Numbered from the stretch's first letter, positions 25,789 to 34,822 are shown. The stretch: 45,528 nt of DNA from Candidatus Fermentibacteraceae bacterium (GCA_021162285.1 JAGGYZ010000299.1:1-45528); one strand, 5' to 3'. Notes: generated by a model from the letters alone, not told the origin. Program-made: numbers and translations.

Positions 25789-26307
25789 TTAACACTCGTC
25801 TTTGTGCAACACTTCAGTTTTCCGTCTCCTGTACACAGCTGTCTGCGCAATCAGACCTGTAACTGCGCCGGAAATAATTCCCCACAGCGTGAGCAATAAT
25901 ACAATATTCTGCAGCGGAAGTCCCGGCAGAACAATTCTTGCAACAACCAGCTGCATCCAAAGAGATGCAACTGCCCCGGCAACAGACACACCTGCACAGG
26001 ATAACCTGTCTCCGAATACAAATCTCATGGATCCCATTGCAACAGCACTTGTTACAGCACCTGTTACCGATAGGAGAAAAGTGGGCGTTGCAAGCAACCC
26101 GGTGATAAGAGCCACGGCAAAAACTCTAAGGAGATTAAGCTCCAGTGTTTTCAGAAATCCGTACCTTACAACGGCAATTACTGCTGCTGCATTTGCAAGC
26201 CCCAGCTTCATGAATGGAACAGGCCTTGGAACAAGGCTGTCTATCACCCCCAGTGCAGTGGCATACAGCACGAGAATCGTCAGATCCCGGTAGCTTCTGT
26301 CAGGCAT
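25789..26307 (-). CDS. Gx transporter family membrane protein (heptaprenyl diphosphate synthase component I-like)
   Basis: 172 aa, about 5 TM helices. The motif ALGVIDSLVPRPVPFMKLGLANAAAVIAV resembles the family signature (iE..iP.P.PG.KLGLANi). Confidence 0.5.
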   Translation of the reverse strand: MPDRSYRDLTILVLYATALGVIDSLVPRPVPFMKLGLANAAAVIAVVRYGFLKTLELNLLRVFAVALITGLLATPTFLLSVTGAVTSAVAMGSMRFVFGDRLSCAGVSVAGAVASLWMQLVVARIVLPGLPLQNIVLLLTLWGIISGAVTGLIAQTAVYRRRKTEVLHKDEC

Positions 26308-27347
26308 TCTTCAACTCTTCTCAGGAGTGTTCTGCTGTTAAAAAGGGCCTCTGCCCTGTTTCTGGCCTTTGTGTACATTACAGCTCTCATGGTTTCCGAT
26401 TCTTCGAAACGAGCAACGACTCTGCACAGATCAGACGAATCACCCGGGGTAAAAAGAAGACCCGTTTCACCGTGGCTGTTCACCCACGACACACCTGTAG
26501 GAAGGTTGCTGCTTATCACCGCTGTTCCACAGGCCATTGCCTCAACCTGCACCATTCCAAATGCCTCGCTGCGCTGAGTGGAAGGAAGGATCAAGGCTCT
26601 TGCTCCCTGATACAGTGAAACGAGCTCTTCGTCTGAAACATTGCTAACAACGCTTACAGGTAAATGGTGTTCCGCGATGAAAGTGTTTACCTTGTTCACC
26701 AGCCCGCCTCCACCGGCCAGTATAAGATCCGGAGGATTCGCCATTTTCCGCCATGCATCCAGAAGAACAAATATGCCTTTGTACCTTCTGAACCTTCCCA
26801 CAAACAGATAGTAGGTCTTCCCTGCGGCTTCGTCTGGCTTGAACCGCTCCAGATCTGTTCCAATGGGAATCGTCCGTGTGTTGCGCAGGTTTCTGAGGTA
26901 CCGTGAGGTTCGGATGTAGTTGTCCGAGGAGACAATCACCCTGTGGGCTCCTGCCAGAAATCTTGCAAGGACAGGGCCATAAACAGGCATCACAAAAGCC
27001 TGGCGAACTATATCGCTGTGGTAGGTAACTACATACGGTCTCTTCTTTTTGAGCACAGTCCAGGCAAGAACAGCACTGGGCAGCGGAAGGTGAAAATGAA
27101 CTACATCCGCATCTGTCTCCGAAAGAAATCTGCTGAATCCAGGTGCCACAGGATTTGAAAGCACCCGGACGGGAGACCACACACCTTTAACAGCCAGTCC
27201 GTTGACATCTCTGTTTCCACCACCAGCAACCAGAATTTCCACACAGTGACCTCTGGAAACAAGAAACTGTGACAGATCATGGATGTAACGCTCGATTCCG
27301 CCGTGAACCTCAGGAAATACATCTTTGTACACCTGGAGAATTTTCAC
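26280..27347 (-). CDS. Glycosyltransferase family 4 (GT-B)
   Basis: 355 aa. MKILQVYKDVFPEVHGGIERYIHDLS N-terminus and the E-x7-E region SEAFGMVQVEAMACGTAVISS. GTGA overlap with the upstream GT4. Confidence 0.8.
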   Translation of the reverse strand: MKILQVYKDVFPEVHGGIERYIHDLSQFLVSRGHCVEILVAGGGNRDVNGLAVKGVWSPVRVLSNPVAPGFSRFLSETDADVVHFHLPLPSAVLAWTVLKKKRPYVVTYHSDIVRQAFVMPVYGPVLARFLAGAHRVIVSSDNYIRTSRYLRNLRNTRTIPIGTDLERFKPDEAAGKTYYLFVGRFRRYKGIFVLLDAWRKMANPPDLILAGGGGLVNKVNTFIAEHHLPVSVVSNVSDEELVSLYQGARALILPSTQRSEAFGMVQVEAMACGTAVISSNLPTGVSWVNSHGETGLLFTPGDSSDLCRVVARFEESETMRAVMYTKARNRAEALFNSRTLLRRVEECLTEATGI

Positions 27348-28378
27348 TGAAATGCCTTCCCGTAAGCCCGGTATGTGTTCTCGGCCATACTTTTACACGT
27401 AAATCTGCCGGCAAACTCACGAAGCTCTTCAGTGTTCTGCTTTTTTTCAAGGGCATTCAGAACAGCTTCCGCTATGGATTGCGGTGTTCCACCGGAAACT
27501 GCTGCAGCCACAGACCCATACACCTCCAGAAGCGTTTTCGCAGGTCCGACCACAAACGGAACTCCGGAAGCAGCAGCTTCCAGAGGAGGCAGACCAAACC
27601 CTTCATAAAGTGACGGATAAACAAGCAGCTTCGCGCCTGAGAATACGCTTGAAAGCAGATATTCATCAACAGATCCAATCCACTTGACACCAGGAGTATT
27701 CGCCAGCGCGTCTTTCGTTTTCTTTTTTCCCCAGCCCCATCTGCCTGCAACCACCAGAGTCATTCCCGGATGTATCCGTCTTATCTGCGGCCAGGCTTCC
27801 AGCAGGGCGTCTATATTCTTTCTAGGCTCAATCGTGCTTGTTGAAAGTATGTAATCTCCGGTTATTCCGGATGTTCTTCTGAACAAAGCGTCGGAAGCAG
27901 TGTTCTCTGGTGCCGAAAGGTAAACCCGTGTTGATGAAAGACCCAGGTACTTCCTTATTTCCGAAACCGTAAAATCACTGTCTGCTATTACAACAGAAGC
28001 TCCAGCAGCAACTCGGGGAAAATGAAACCTGTAGTACAGCGATCTGAGAACCGGGAACCAGCCGGGTTGTGCCATAAAAGCCATATCGTGAACCGTTACA
28101 GCGTAGGGCATGCCACCTGGAACAGCTCCGGCAAAAGCAGGAAGGTGTGCCAGATCGAAGTGTTGTTTCCTGAGAACACGGCGTAATCCCATGTGTTCTG
28201 AAATAAATTTTCCCGGGTAACCCGATCCAGGCGATCCAACTGGAATAACTTGTGAAATCCCCGCCTTCTGAAACCCTTCAATCAACCTTGCTGTGTAAAC
28301 ACCGGTGCCTCCCCTGTTGGCTGTGGAAGATGCATACAGAGCTATCCGTCTGTTATATCTCCGCAACAGAATCGTCAC
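27344..28378 (-). CDS. Glycosyltransferase family 4 (GT-B)
   Basis: 344 aa. RIALYASSTANRGGTGVYT N-terminus and YEGFGLPPLEAAASGVPFVVG. GTG start, so the exact start is uncertain (26-nt overlap with the upstream gene). Confidence 0.78.
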   Translation of the reverse strand: MTILLRRYNRRIALYASSTANRGGTGVYTARLIEGFQKAGISQVIPVGSPGSGYPGKFISEHMGLRRVLRKQHFDLAHLPAFAGAVPGGMPYAVTVHDMAFMAQPGWFPVLRSLYYRFHFPRVAAGASVVIADSDFTVSEIRKYLGLSSTRVYLSAPENTASDALFRRTSGITGDYILSTSTIEPRKNIDALLEAWPQIRRIHPGMTLVVAGRWGWGKKKTKDALANTPGVKWIGSVDEYLLSSVFSGAKLLVYPSLYEGFGLPPLEAAASGVPFVVGPAKTLLEVYGSVAAAVSGGTPQSIAEAVLNALEKKQNTEELREFAGRFTCKSMAENTYRAYGKAFQ

Positions 28379-29333
28379 CTGTGTTCAGCCTGGCCGGGGT
28401 CCCCTGTACAACTGACCTTTCCCCGATAATCGATTCCTTCAGCATCACATGCCTGAACTGTGAACCGCTCCCGGCAATTGTGTTCGAAATTACCGAATTC
28501 TCTATGTGAACATCGGCACCGCATGAAAACCACGGGCCCACAACAGAGTTTCTGATAACAGTTGCCTCACCGAAGAAGCACGGAGCAACAACCACGGAAT
28601 TCTCAAGAACAGGAGAACCCGAACTGCCGTTCTTCTCCAGAAGTACCCTGTTGGTCTCCAGAAGTGTTTCCGGTTTACCGCAGTCAAACCACCCGTCTAT
28701 ATCCAGTATTCCAAAGGGTTCTCCGTTTTTCAGCATAAGCTGCATGGCATCTGTGAGCTGGTACTCTCCCCTTGTTCTGAGCTGGTTTTCCTTCAGGTAA
28801 CGGCAGTTCTCCATTATCTTTTTTCCACTTGAGAAGTAGTACACACCTACTATGGCCAGATTGCTTACAGGCTCTGAAGGTTTCTCCACAAGCTCTGCAA
28901 CTCTGTCTCCATCCATAACGACCACACCGAACCTTGAAGGATCTTCCACGGGAGATGCCACAATCATGTTCCTTGTTTCTCCACGGAGTACAGCCAGGTC
29001 TGCTGAAAACAGTGTATCACCCAGAACCACCATCAAAGGACCGTCTTCAACGAACGGTTCCGCCAGCAAAACCGCGGAAGCAAGACCGTCGGTCTCTTTC
29101 TGAACTGCAAAATCTATTCTTATCCGGGGGTATTGTTTCCGGGCCCAGGAAACTATGGTGTCTCCGAGATAACCAGTTATCAGTGTAATGTGATCCACAT
29201 CAGCATCAAGAAGTGAATCTATCACATGGGCAAGAACCGGTCGCCCTGCAACCGGAATAAGGGGTTTAGGCAACGACCACGTAAGCGGCCTCATTCTGGT
29301 TCCTTTGCCGGCGGCAGGTATTATACAGTGCAT
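28353..29333 (-). CDS. Sugar-1-phosphate nucleotidyltransferase with C-terminal left-handed beta-helix
   Basis: 326 aa. MHCIIPAAGKGTRMRPLTWSLPKPLIPVAGRPVL, VEKPSEPVSNLAIVGVYYF, and C-terminal hexapeptide-like repeats (NSVV..., NSVI...). Confidence 0.8.
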   Translation of the reverse strand: MHCIIPAAGKGTRMRPLTWSLPKPLIPVAGRPVLAHVIDSLLDADVDHITLITGYLGDTIVSWARKQYPRIRIDFAVQKETDGLASAVLLAEPFVEDGPLMVVLGDTLFSADLAVLRGETRNMIVASPVEDPSRFGVVVMDGDRVAELVEKPSEPVSNLAIVGVYYFSSGKKIMENCRYLKENQLRTRGEYQLTDAMQLMLKNGEPFGILDIDGWFDCGKPETLLETNRVLLEKNGSSGSPVLENSVVVAPCFFGEATVIRNSVVGPWFSCGADVHIENSVISNTIAGSGSQFRHVMLKESIIGERSVVQGTPARLNTGDDSVAEI

Positions 29334-29338
29334 TGAGA

Positions 29339-31102
29339 TCAGCCTCCTGTTTTCCAGTCATTCTCATCAAGCAGAATTTCAGGATATTTTCCTATTACAT
29401 AAGAGTGAACAAGTGCTCTGACACCAAGACCTGTTTCCGTTACAAGGGACTTCTCAGCCATTTCACGGGCGGCATATGTGGTAACAACGCCAATCATCTT
29501 CTTTACATCAGGTATAAGAGACGGTGCAACACTCAGCTCATCCACTCCAAAGCCGATCAAAAGGGGAACGGCCAGGGGGTTACCGGCCATGGAACCGCAC
29601 ACTCCAACCCATTTTCCCTGACTGTGACAAAGTCTGACCACGGTATCAATCTGGCGAAGAACTGCCGGATGGAATGAATCGTAAAGATCGGCCACCCTGG
29701 GATTCCCCCGGTCAACTGCCAGAGAATACTGCGTGAGATCGTTGGTTCCTATGGATACAAAATCCGCGTAGGGCAGCATAAGATCCAGAGCAATAACTGT
29801 TGCTGGCGTTTCCACCATTATCCCTACCTGCATGTCATTGTCGAATGCAATCTCATCTGCACGCAATTCATCCTTTACTTTCTCAAGCAGGTCTCTCAAT
29901 CTGCGCAACTGTTCCACATGGGTAACCATCGGAAACATCAGCCGTATGTTACCGTGAACGGAAGCTCTTAGAATAGCTCTCAGCTGAATCGAGAACTCCT
30001 GGGGTCTGTCAAGACCAATTCTCACAGCACGGTAACCCAGGAAAGGATTGGCTTCCGGTGCAGAATTCAGCCCAGTTCTGAATTTGTCTCCACCCATATC
30101 GTATGTTCTTATTATCACAGGTTTCGGTTTCATCCGGGAAGCCACTGTGTCGTAAATGGTAAAATGGTCTTCCTCATTCTCACCATTTTCCTGAATAAGC
30201 CTGAGAAATTCGGTTCTGAACAGACCTATTCCATCAGCCCCGAGTTTGTTCACAAGCTCTACCTCATATGGTAGCTCTATGTTTGCCGCCAGCTCTATTC
30301 GAACACCGTCTTCGGTAACTGCAGGCTCCTGATTCATTTTCTGAAGCAGTTTCTCGGCTTTCTGGAATTTTTTCTTGACACCGGCATAGTACCGGAGCTC
30401 ATCTTCAGTGGGATTAACAATTACATGCCCGTGTATACCGTCCACGATAAGCACATCACGGGGATTTATTTCTGTTGTAATCTTCTGAAGGCCAACCACG
30501 GCTGGTATACCGAGAGCACGTGCTAGAATGGTTGTGTGGGAAGTTCTTCCTCCCATGTCTGTAACAAAAGCCAGTATCTGCCCGGGTTTTAATCCGGCAG
30601 TTTCAGATGGATCAAGATCTTTTGCCACAAGAACCACAGGCTCCTGCAGCTTATCGAGAACATCCTTTTCCGTACCTGTAAGCTTCTCAATAACCCGACG
30701 GCCGACATCTCTTACATCTGCAACCCTTTCACGGATGTATGGGTCGGCCATAACCTCGAATTTATCCATAACACCGCGGATCGCTGTGCTTACTGCATAC
30801 TCTGCATTAACCAGTCCACCCAGAATTCTGCTTTCAACATCTCTCTTTATTGTTGGATCCTGAAGCAGAAGCAGAAGGAATTCAAGAATCTGACGACCTT
30901 CAACAACATCTTCCATGGTATCCGCAATGTTTTCAAGATCGTGACGAACGGAAGATATGGCGACTTGAAACCTCTTAACCTCAAGTTCAGCCTGTTCGGA
31001 CGACTCGAGAAGCCGCTTTGCGTGCCTCAGCTCTTCAACCTTAAGAAGAAAAGCCGATCCGATGGCGATACCGTGTGAGGCGGGAACACCTTTGAAAAAC
31101 AT
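29339..31102 (-). CDS. ptsI: Phosphoenolpyruvate-protein phosphotransferase (PTS Enzyme I)
   Basis: 587 aa. MFFKGVPASHGIAIG, phospho-His region DMGGRTSHTTILARALGIPAVVG, and C-terminal PEP-utilising domain FVSIGTNDLTQY. Confidence 0.92.
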   Translation of the reverse strand: MFFKGVPASHGIAIGSAFLLKVEELRHAKRLLESSEQAELEVKRFQVAISSVRHDLENIADTMEDVVEGRQILEFLLLLLQDPTIKRDVESRILGGLVNAEYAVSTAIRGVMDKFEVMADPYIRERVADVRDVGRRVIEKLTGTEKDVLDKLQEPVVLVAKDLDPSETAGLKPGQILAFVTDMGGRTSHTTILARALGIPAVVGLQKITTEINPRDVLIVDGIHGHVIVNPTEDELRYYAGVKKKFQKAEKLLQKMNQEPAVTEDGVRIELAANIELPYEVELVNKLGADGIGLFRTEFLRLIQENGENEEDHFTIYDTVASRMKPKPVIIRTYDMGGDKFRTGLNSAPEANPFLGYRAVRIGLDRPQEFSIQLRAILRASVHGNIRLMFPMVTHVEQLRRLRDLLEKVKDELRADEIAFDNDMQVGIMVETPATVIALDLMLPYADFVSIGTNDLTQYSLAVDRGNPRVADLYDSFHPAVLRQIDTVVRLCHSQGKWVGVCGSMAGNPLAVPLLIGFGVDELSVAPSLIPDVKKMIGVVTTYAAREMAEKSLVTETGLGVRALVHSYVIGKYPEILLDENDWKTGG

Positions 31103-31375
31103 CTAAATCATCTCTTCGCCGAAGCCGCTTCTGATTACCTCCGCTACAACCTCCACAGCTTCAGCCTCATCAGATCCGTCTGCAGAAACAACAATTTCAG
31201 TGCCCCCGGAGGCTGCCAGGGTCATTACTCCCATGATACTCTTTGCATTGACTTTGTCCGCAGGGCTTTCCACCCACACATCACTGACAAACTCCACAGC
31301 AGCTCTTACAATCAGTGCGGCTGGACGGGCATGTATCCCCAGTTTGTTGGGAACAACCACCTTTATCTCTGTCAT
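31103..31375 (-). CDS. ptsH: Phosphocarrier protein HPr
   Basis: 90 aa. GIHARPAALIV (His-15 context) and VNAKSIMGVMTL (Ser-46 context, the HprK target). Confidence 0.9.
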   Translation of the reverse strand: MTEIKVVVPNKLGIHARPAALIVRAAVEFVSDVWVESPADKVNAKSIMGVMTLAASGGTEIVVSADGSDEAEAVEVVAEVIRSGFGEEMI

Positions 31376-31376
31376 A

Positions 31377-32342
31377 TTATTCTCTCAGCCTTTTTCTGCC
31401 CATACGGGCAATGAGTTTCCTGTTAAGCCGTTCAGCAGATGTACTGCCAGTATCCTTGGCCTGAATATTCATCATCGCGGCAACTTCGAGAAGCAGTGTA
31501 ATATTCCTGCCTGGAAGCACTGGTATCTCCACCATGGGAACGCCAACTCCCAATATACTCATGTGTTTGTCTTCAAGCCCTGACCGGTCTGCCTCATCGT
31601 TGAGATCAGTGTCAAACAACCTGACCACAAGATCCACCGACTGCATCTCCTTGATCGAACCGACACCAAACAGTTCTGCAATGTTCACAAATCCAATTCC
31701 TCTTATCTCCATATGAAATCCAAGCATTGCATCCCCGGAACCAATCAGACGATTACCTGTTTTTCTTACCCTGACAAGATCGTCTGCAACCAGCCTGTGC
31801 CCTCTTTCCACCAGACCCAGAACAGCTTCGCTCTTTCCTATGGCACTTCTTCCCATAACAAGAAGACCTTCACCGTAAACATCCACTAGTGTTCCATGAA
31901 GAGAAACATGAGGTGCAAAAACTTCGCTGAAAAAATCAGTCAGATCGTGTATCAGAGGCGTTGTATCCAGCGGAGAAACAAACAATGCGGAACCGGAAGA
32001 GCGCGAGGCTGAAACAAGTTCTTCGGGGGGAGAAAGACCTTTTGTAACAATGCTGCACACAACGGGAAAACTGAAAACAGTCTTCACGGCAGCCTGTCTT
32101 TCCAGTGGAGAAAGCTGATTAAGCAGTGTAATTTCAGTCTCGCCAAATATCTGGATTCTGTCGTGCATGAACTTGTAGGTATACCCGGAAAGACACAGAC
32201 CGGGACGGCTGATATCCGGGGACACGACCATACGGTCGTATCCCCATGTATCAGTCATGTCTTCAAGCTGAAGCCTTTTCCGCAATTGCTCATACATCAC
32301 ACCTACAGAAAACACTTCCGGATCAGGGTAGCGATCCAACAC
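31377..32342 (-). CDS. hprK: HPr kinase/phosphorylase
   Basis: 321 aa. Walker A and signature GRSAIGKSEAVLGLVERGHRLVADD, plus MEIRGIGFVNI. GTG start, so the exact start is uncertain. Confidence 0.88.
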   Translation of the reverse strand: MLDRYPDPEVFSVGVMYEQLRKRLQLEDMTDTWGYDRMVVSPDISRPGLCLSGYTYKFMHDRIQIFGETEITLLNQLSPLERQAAVKTVFSFPVVCSIVTKGLSPPEELVSASRSSGSALFVSPLDTTPLIHDLTDFFSEVFAPHVSLHGTLVDVYGEGLLVMGRSAIGKSEAVLGLVERGHRLVADDLVRVRKTGNRLIGSGDAMLGFHMEIRGIGFVNIAELFGVGSIKEMQSVDLVVRLFDTDLNDEADRSGLEDKHMSILGVGVPMVEIPVLPGRNITLLLEVAAMMNIQAKDTGSTSAERLNRKLIARMGRKRLRE

Positions 32343-32347
32343 CTTTT

Positions 32348-32896
32348 CTATTCCTTGCGTGTAAGCTCAACAACCTGAGTAGCACCGCTGGAAGTTCTGT
32401 ATGCAGCGCTGAAGCTGTTCGTTTCAGTGTTGTAGAATACAAGGTTTCTGTCGTCACCGTTTACCTCGAACTCGGTCATTGCATCGTTGGTTGAAAACCT
32501 TTTTAAAACGGCAGCGTCTTCCAGAAGAACCGGGGACGTAAGCTCCGATGGTTCTGCCGCAATGTACCACGCACCGGAAACGGGATTATTGCCGTTGTTT
32601 TCCCTGTGAGGATGGTCATGATGGGTTTCTTTGAATTTCCTGAGCTGCCTTTCGAGAGAAGAAACGCAATCATCGAAAGAAAAATACATATCATGTCCCT
32701 GTGCCCGGGAATCGAGTTTCAATCTGTCTCCCCGCAACTGAACATGCGATCTACTCATTCCTGACGAAAGCTCAAGAACAACATGAACATCATCGATTCC
32801 GTCGTAGAATTTGTCCAGAACGGACAGTTTTTCATCAACGTGTTCCTTCAGGGAATCGGTTATTTCAAAGTGTCTTGCGCTGATCTCCACGTTCAT
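32348..32896 (-). CDS. hpf: Ribosome hibernation promoting factor, long form
   Basis: The ORF track starts at 32911. ATG 32894-32896 is preceded by AAAGGAG at ideal spacing. MNVEISARHFEITDSLKEHVDEKL... is the sigma-54 modulation / S30AE N-domain. A C-terminal dimerisation-type domain is present (182 aa in total). Confidence 0.88.
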   Translation of the reverse strand: MNVEISARHFEITDSLKEHVDEKLSVLDKFYDGIDDVHVVLELSSGMSRSHVQLRGDRLKLDSRAQGHDMYFSFDDCVSSLERQLRKFKETHHDHPHRENNGNNPVSGAWYIAAEPSELTSPVLLEDAAVLKRFSTNDAMTEFEVNGDDRNLVFYNTETNSFSAAYRTSSGATQVVELTRKE

Positions 32897-33116
32897 GGTA
32901 ACTCCTTTCATGTTAAACAGAAGCCAAACTAAATGCCACCCCTCCCGAACATGCGGGAAAAGCGGCTACATAAGGTTTGACTTCCAATCTCACATTTCGA
33001 TAATAGCCCGGGGAGGGCATTCGGTCAATACCTGTGCCTGTTTACCCCAGCCCTGTTAATCGTTATTTTCAGGCTGACAATTTCATATTTACTACACAGC
33101 ATCGAAAGGAATTACT

Positions 33117-34808
33117 TTGCAGGATTACACTGAACTCGGCGAGCTTGGTTTCAGAGGGGGTCTTGAGACCCATCAGCAGCTCGCAACATCCGGAAAGCTG
33201 TTCTGCCGGTGTTCAACAAGGATCCGTAACGATAAACACGACCAGGAAATCCTCCGTCACATGCGCCCTACACTCAGTGAATTTGGAGAGTACGACGGAA
33301 CCGCCCTCATGGAATTCAAAACAAAAAAACAGGTTCATTATCTGCTTTACAACGATTCCGTGTGCACCTATGAAATGGATGACACACCGCCTTTTCAGGC
33401 GAATCCTGAAGCTGTAAGCATTGCATTGCAGCTGGCCATGATGTTCAACATGTCTCTGGTTGACGAAATTCATATAACACGCAAACAGTACCTGGACGGG
33501 TCTATTCCAACTGGTTTTCAACGAACTGCAATTGTAGGAGTTAACGGAGTTATTCCGTTCCTCGGACGAGAACTCCACTTCATACAGATGAGCATGGAGG
33601 AAGACGCCTGCCGCGAGGTTTCCGATGTGGGACACGATGTTGTGTTCCGCACAGATCGCCTTTCCATACCGCTTGTTGAGCCGGTAACAGCCCCGGAACT
33701 CTACACACCTCACGAGATGGCGGTTGCTGCAAAACTCATAGGCGAAACCATGCGCTCTACACACCTGGTCAGAAGGGGAATAGGCTCTGTGAGACAGGAT
33801 GTGAATGTGTCTATCAGAGGTGGTACAAGGATTGAGATAAAAGGTGTAGCCAAAATAGGCTACATAGAATCTCTTTCCAGAATCGAGGCCTACAGACAAA
33901 AGGCACTGCTTGACCTGCGGCATCAGCTGAAAACTTCCGATTTCACAGCAGACCGGCTGAAACAGGAGTACTCTGCTCTCAGCAGAGTTGAAGCTGCCGG
34001 TGAAAACTTCAGCCCCGATAGTCTTGAATCCAGACAGCACATTGCAGCAGTGATGATTATTCCAGGATTCAGGAAATTCATCAACTGGCCGACACAGCCT
34101 GAGCGTACATTCCTTGACGAACTTCGGGGACGGGTAAGGGTTATTGCGTGCCTGGAGTATCAGCCCGTTCTTAACTGCGCTTCAGACATGCTTCGATCAA
34201 CCATGGGAATCTCCCCCGACGACGCGGCGATGGTGTTTGCCGGTCCGGAGGAAGATCTTCAGACTGCAGCCAACGAGATCTGTATCAGAATACAGGAAGC
34301 ATTCCTTGGCGTTCCTCCTGAAACCAGACAGGCACAACCAGGCGGAACAACCGATTTTGAAAGAATTCTTCCAGGGGCAGACAGGATGTACCCTGATACA
34401 GATCTCCCGCCACAGGCTATTGCACCGGATACATTTGAAAGGTTGCAGAAACTGCTTCCTGAAAAACCCTGGGACAGAAGAGACACCTACAGGAAACTGG
34501 GGCTCAGTGAACACCTCATCGATCGGCTGCTTAATCTGGAGCTGTGCGATGTGTTCGACGAACTGCTGTCGAGAACAGAGTTCAGACCAGCTCCACTTGC
34601 CAGCCTGCTGGCTGACCGGATGCGCGGTTCTAGACGAGAAGGCAAAGACTGGATGAAAACACTTACGGAAAACGGGGTTCGAGACGCACTGACATGGTGC
34701 TTCGAAAACGGTATCAGCACCACAGGAGCCCGATACATTCTTGACTGGATGTCTCTGAATCCTTCAGATACACCGGAGGCAGCCTTCGAGGCGGTAAAAC
34801 CGGCCTGA
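33117..34808 (+). CDS. GatE-type (archaeal-type) Glu-tRNA(Gln) amidotransferase subunit E homolog
   Basis: 563 aa, TTG start with AAAGGA 6 nt upstream. GLETHQQLATSGKLFCRC, MRPTLSEFGEYDGTAL, CTYEMDDTPPFQANPEA, RKQYLDGSIPTGFQRTAIVG, MEEDACRE, VVFRTDRLSIPLVE and RRGIGSVRQDVNVSIRGGTRIEIKGV follow GatE signatures rather than GatB (which has RKNYFYPD.PK.YQISQ). No gatD is present in the window. Confidence 0.75.
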   Translation: MQDYTELGELGFRGGLETHQQLATSGKLFCRCSTRIRNDKHDQEILRHMRPTLSEFGEYDGTALMEFKTKKQVHYLLYNDSVCTYEMDDTPPFQANPEAVSIALQLAMMFNMSLVDEIHITRKQYLDGSIPTGFQRTAIVGVNGVIPFLGRELHFIQMSMEEDACREVSDVGHDVVFRTDRLSIPLVEPVTAPELYTPHEMAVAAKLIGETMRSTHLVRRGIGSVRQDVNVSIRGGTRIEIKGVAKIGYIESLSRIEAYRQKALLDLRHQLKTSDFTADRLKQEYSALSRVEAAGENFSPDSLESRQHIAAVMIIPGFRKFINWPTQPERTFLDELRGRVRVIACLEYQPVLNCASDMLRSTMGISPDDAAMVFAGPEEDLQTAANEICIRIQEAFLGVPPETRQAQPGGTTDFERILPGADRMYPDTDLPPQAIAPDTFERLQKLLPEKPWDRRDTYRKLGLSEHLIDRLLNLELCDVFDELLSRTEFRPAPLASLLADRMRGSRREGKDWMKTLTENGVRDALTWCFENGISTTGARYILDWMSLNPSDTPEAAFEAVKPA

Positions 34809-34822
34809 CAGAGGAATGAAAA

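Noticed and set aside
32933-33020. Imperfect inverted repeat (atgccacccctcccg ... cggggagggcat) in the hpf / gatE-like intergenic region, considered as a structured RNA or operator
   Set aside because: Only the outer 5 bp pair cleanly and the G/C-rich core is out of register. There are no covarying or recognisable riboswitch features, so it is too weak to call without a covariance-model scan.
33023-33040. Sigma-54-like element on the minus strand upstream of hpf (CAGGCACAGGTATTGACC)
   Set aside because: It has the GGCAC of the -24 box, but the -12 position reads TTGA rather than TTGC, so the invariant GC is missing. hpf is usually downstream of rpoN rather than sigma-54 dependent.
33213-34040. 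275-aa ORF antisense to the GatE-like gene. Similar long antisense or shadow ORFs occur at 41397-42137, 43496-44251, 36527-37099, 4382-4960, 6175-6771, 10444-11004, 25802-26293, 16630-17169 and 26644-27180.
   Set aside because: Each lies wholly inside a well-supported gene on the opposite strand or in another frame. Each has low-complexity or Cys/Arg/Ser-rich composition and no recognisable motifs. They are typical shadow ORFs.
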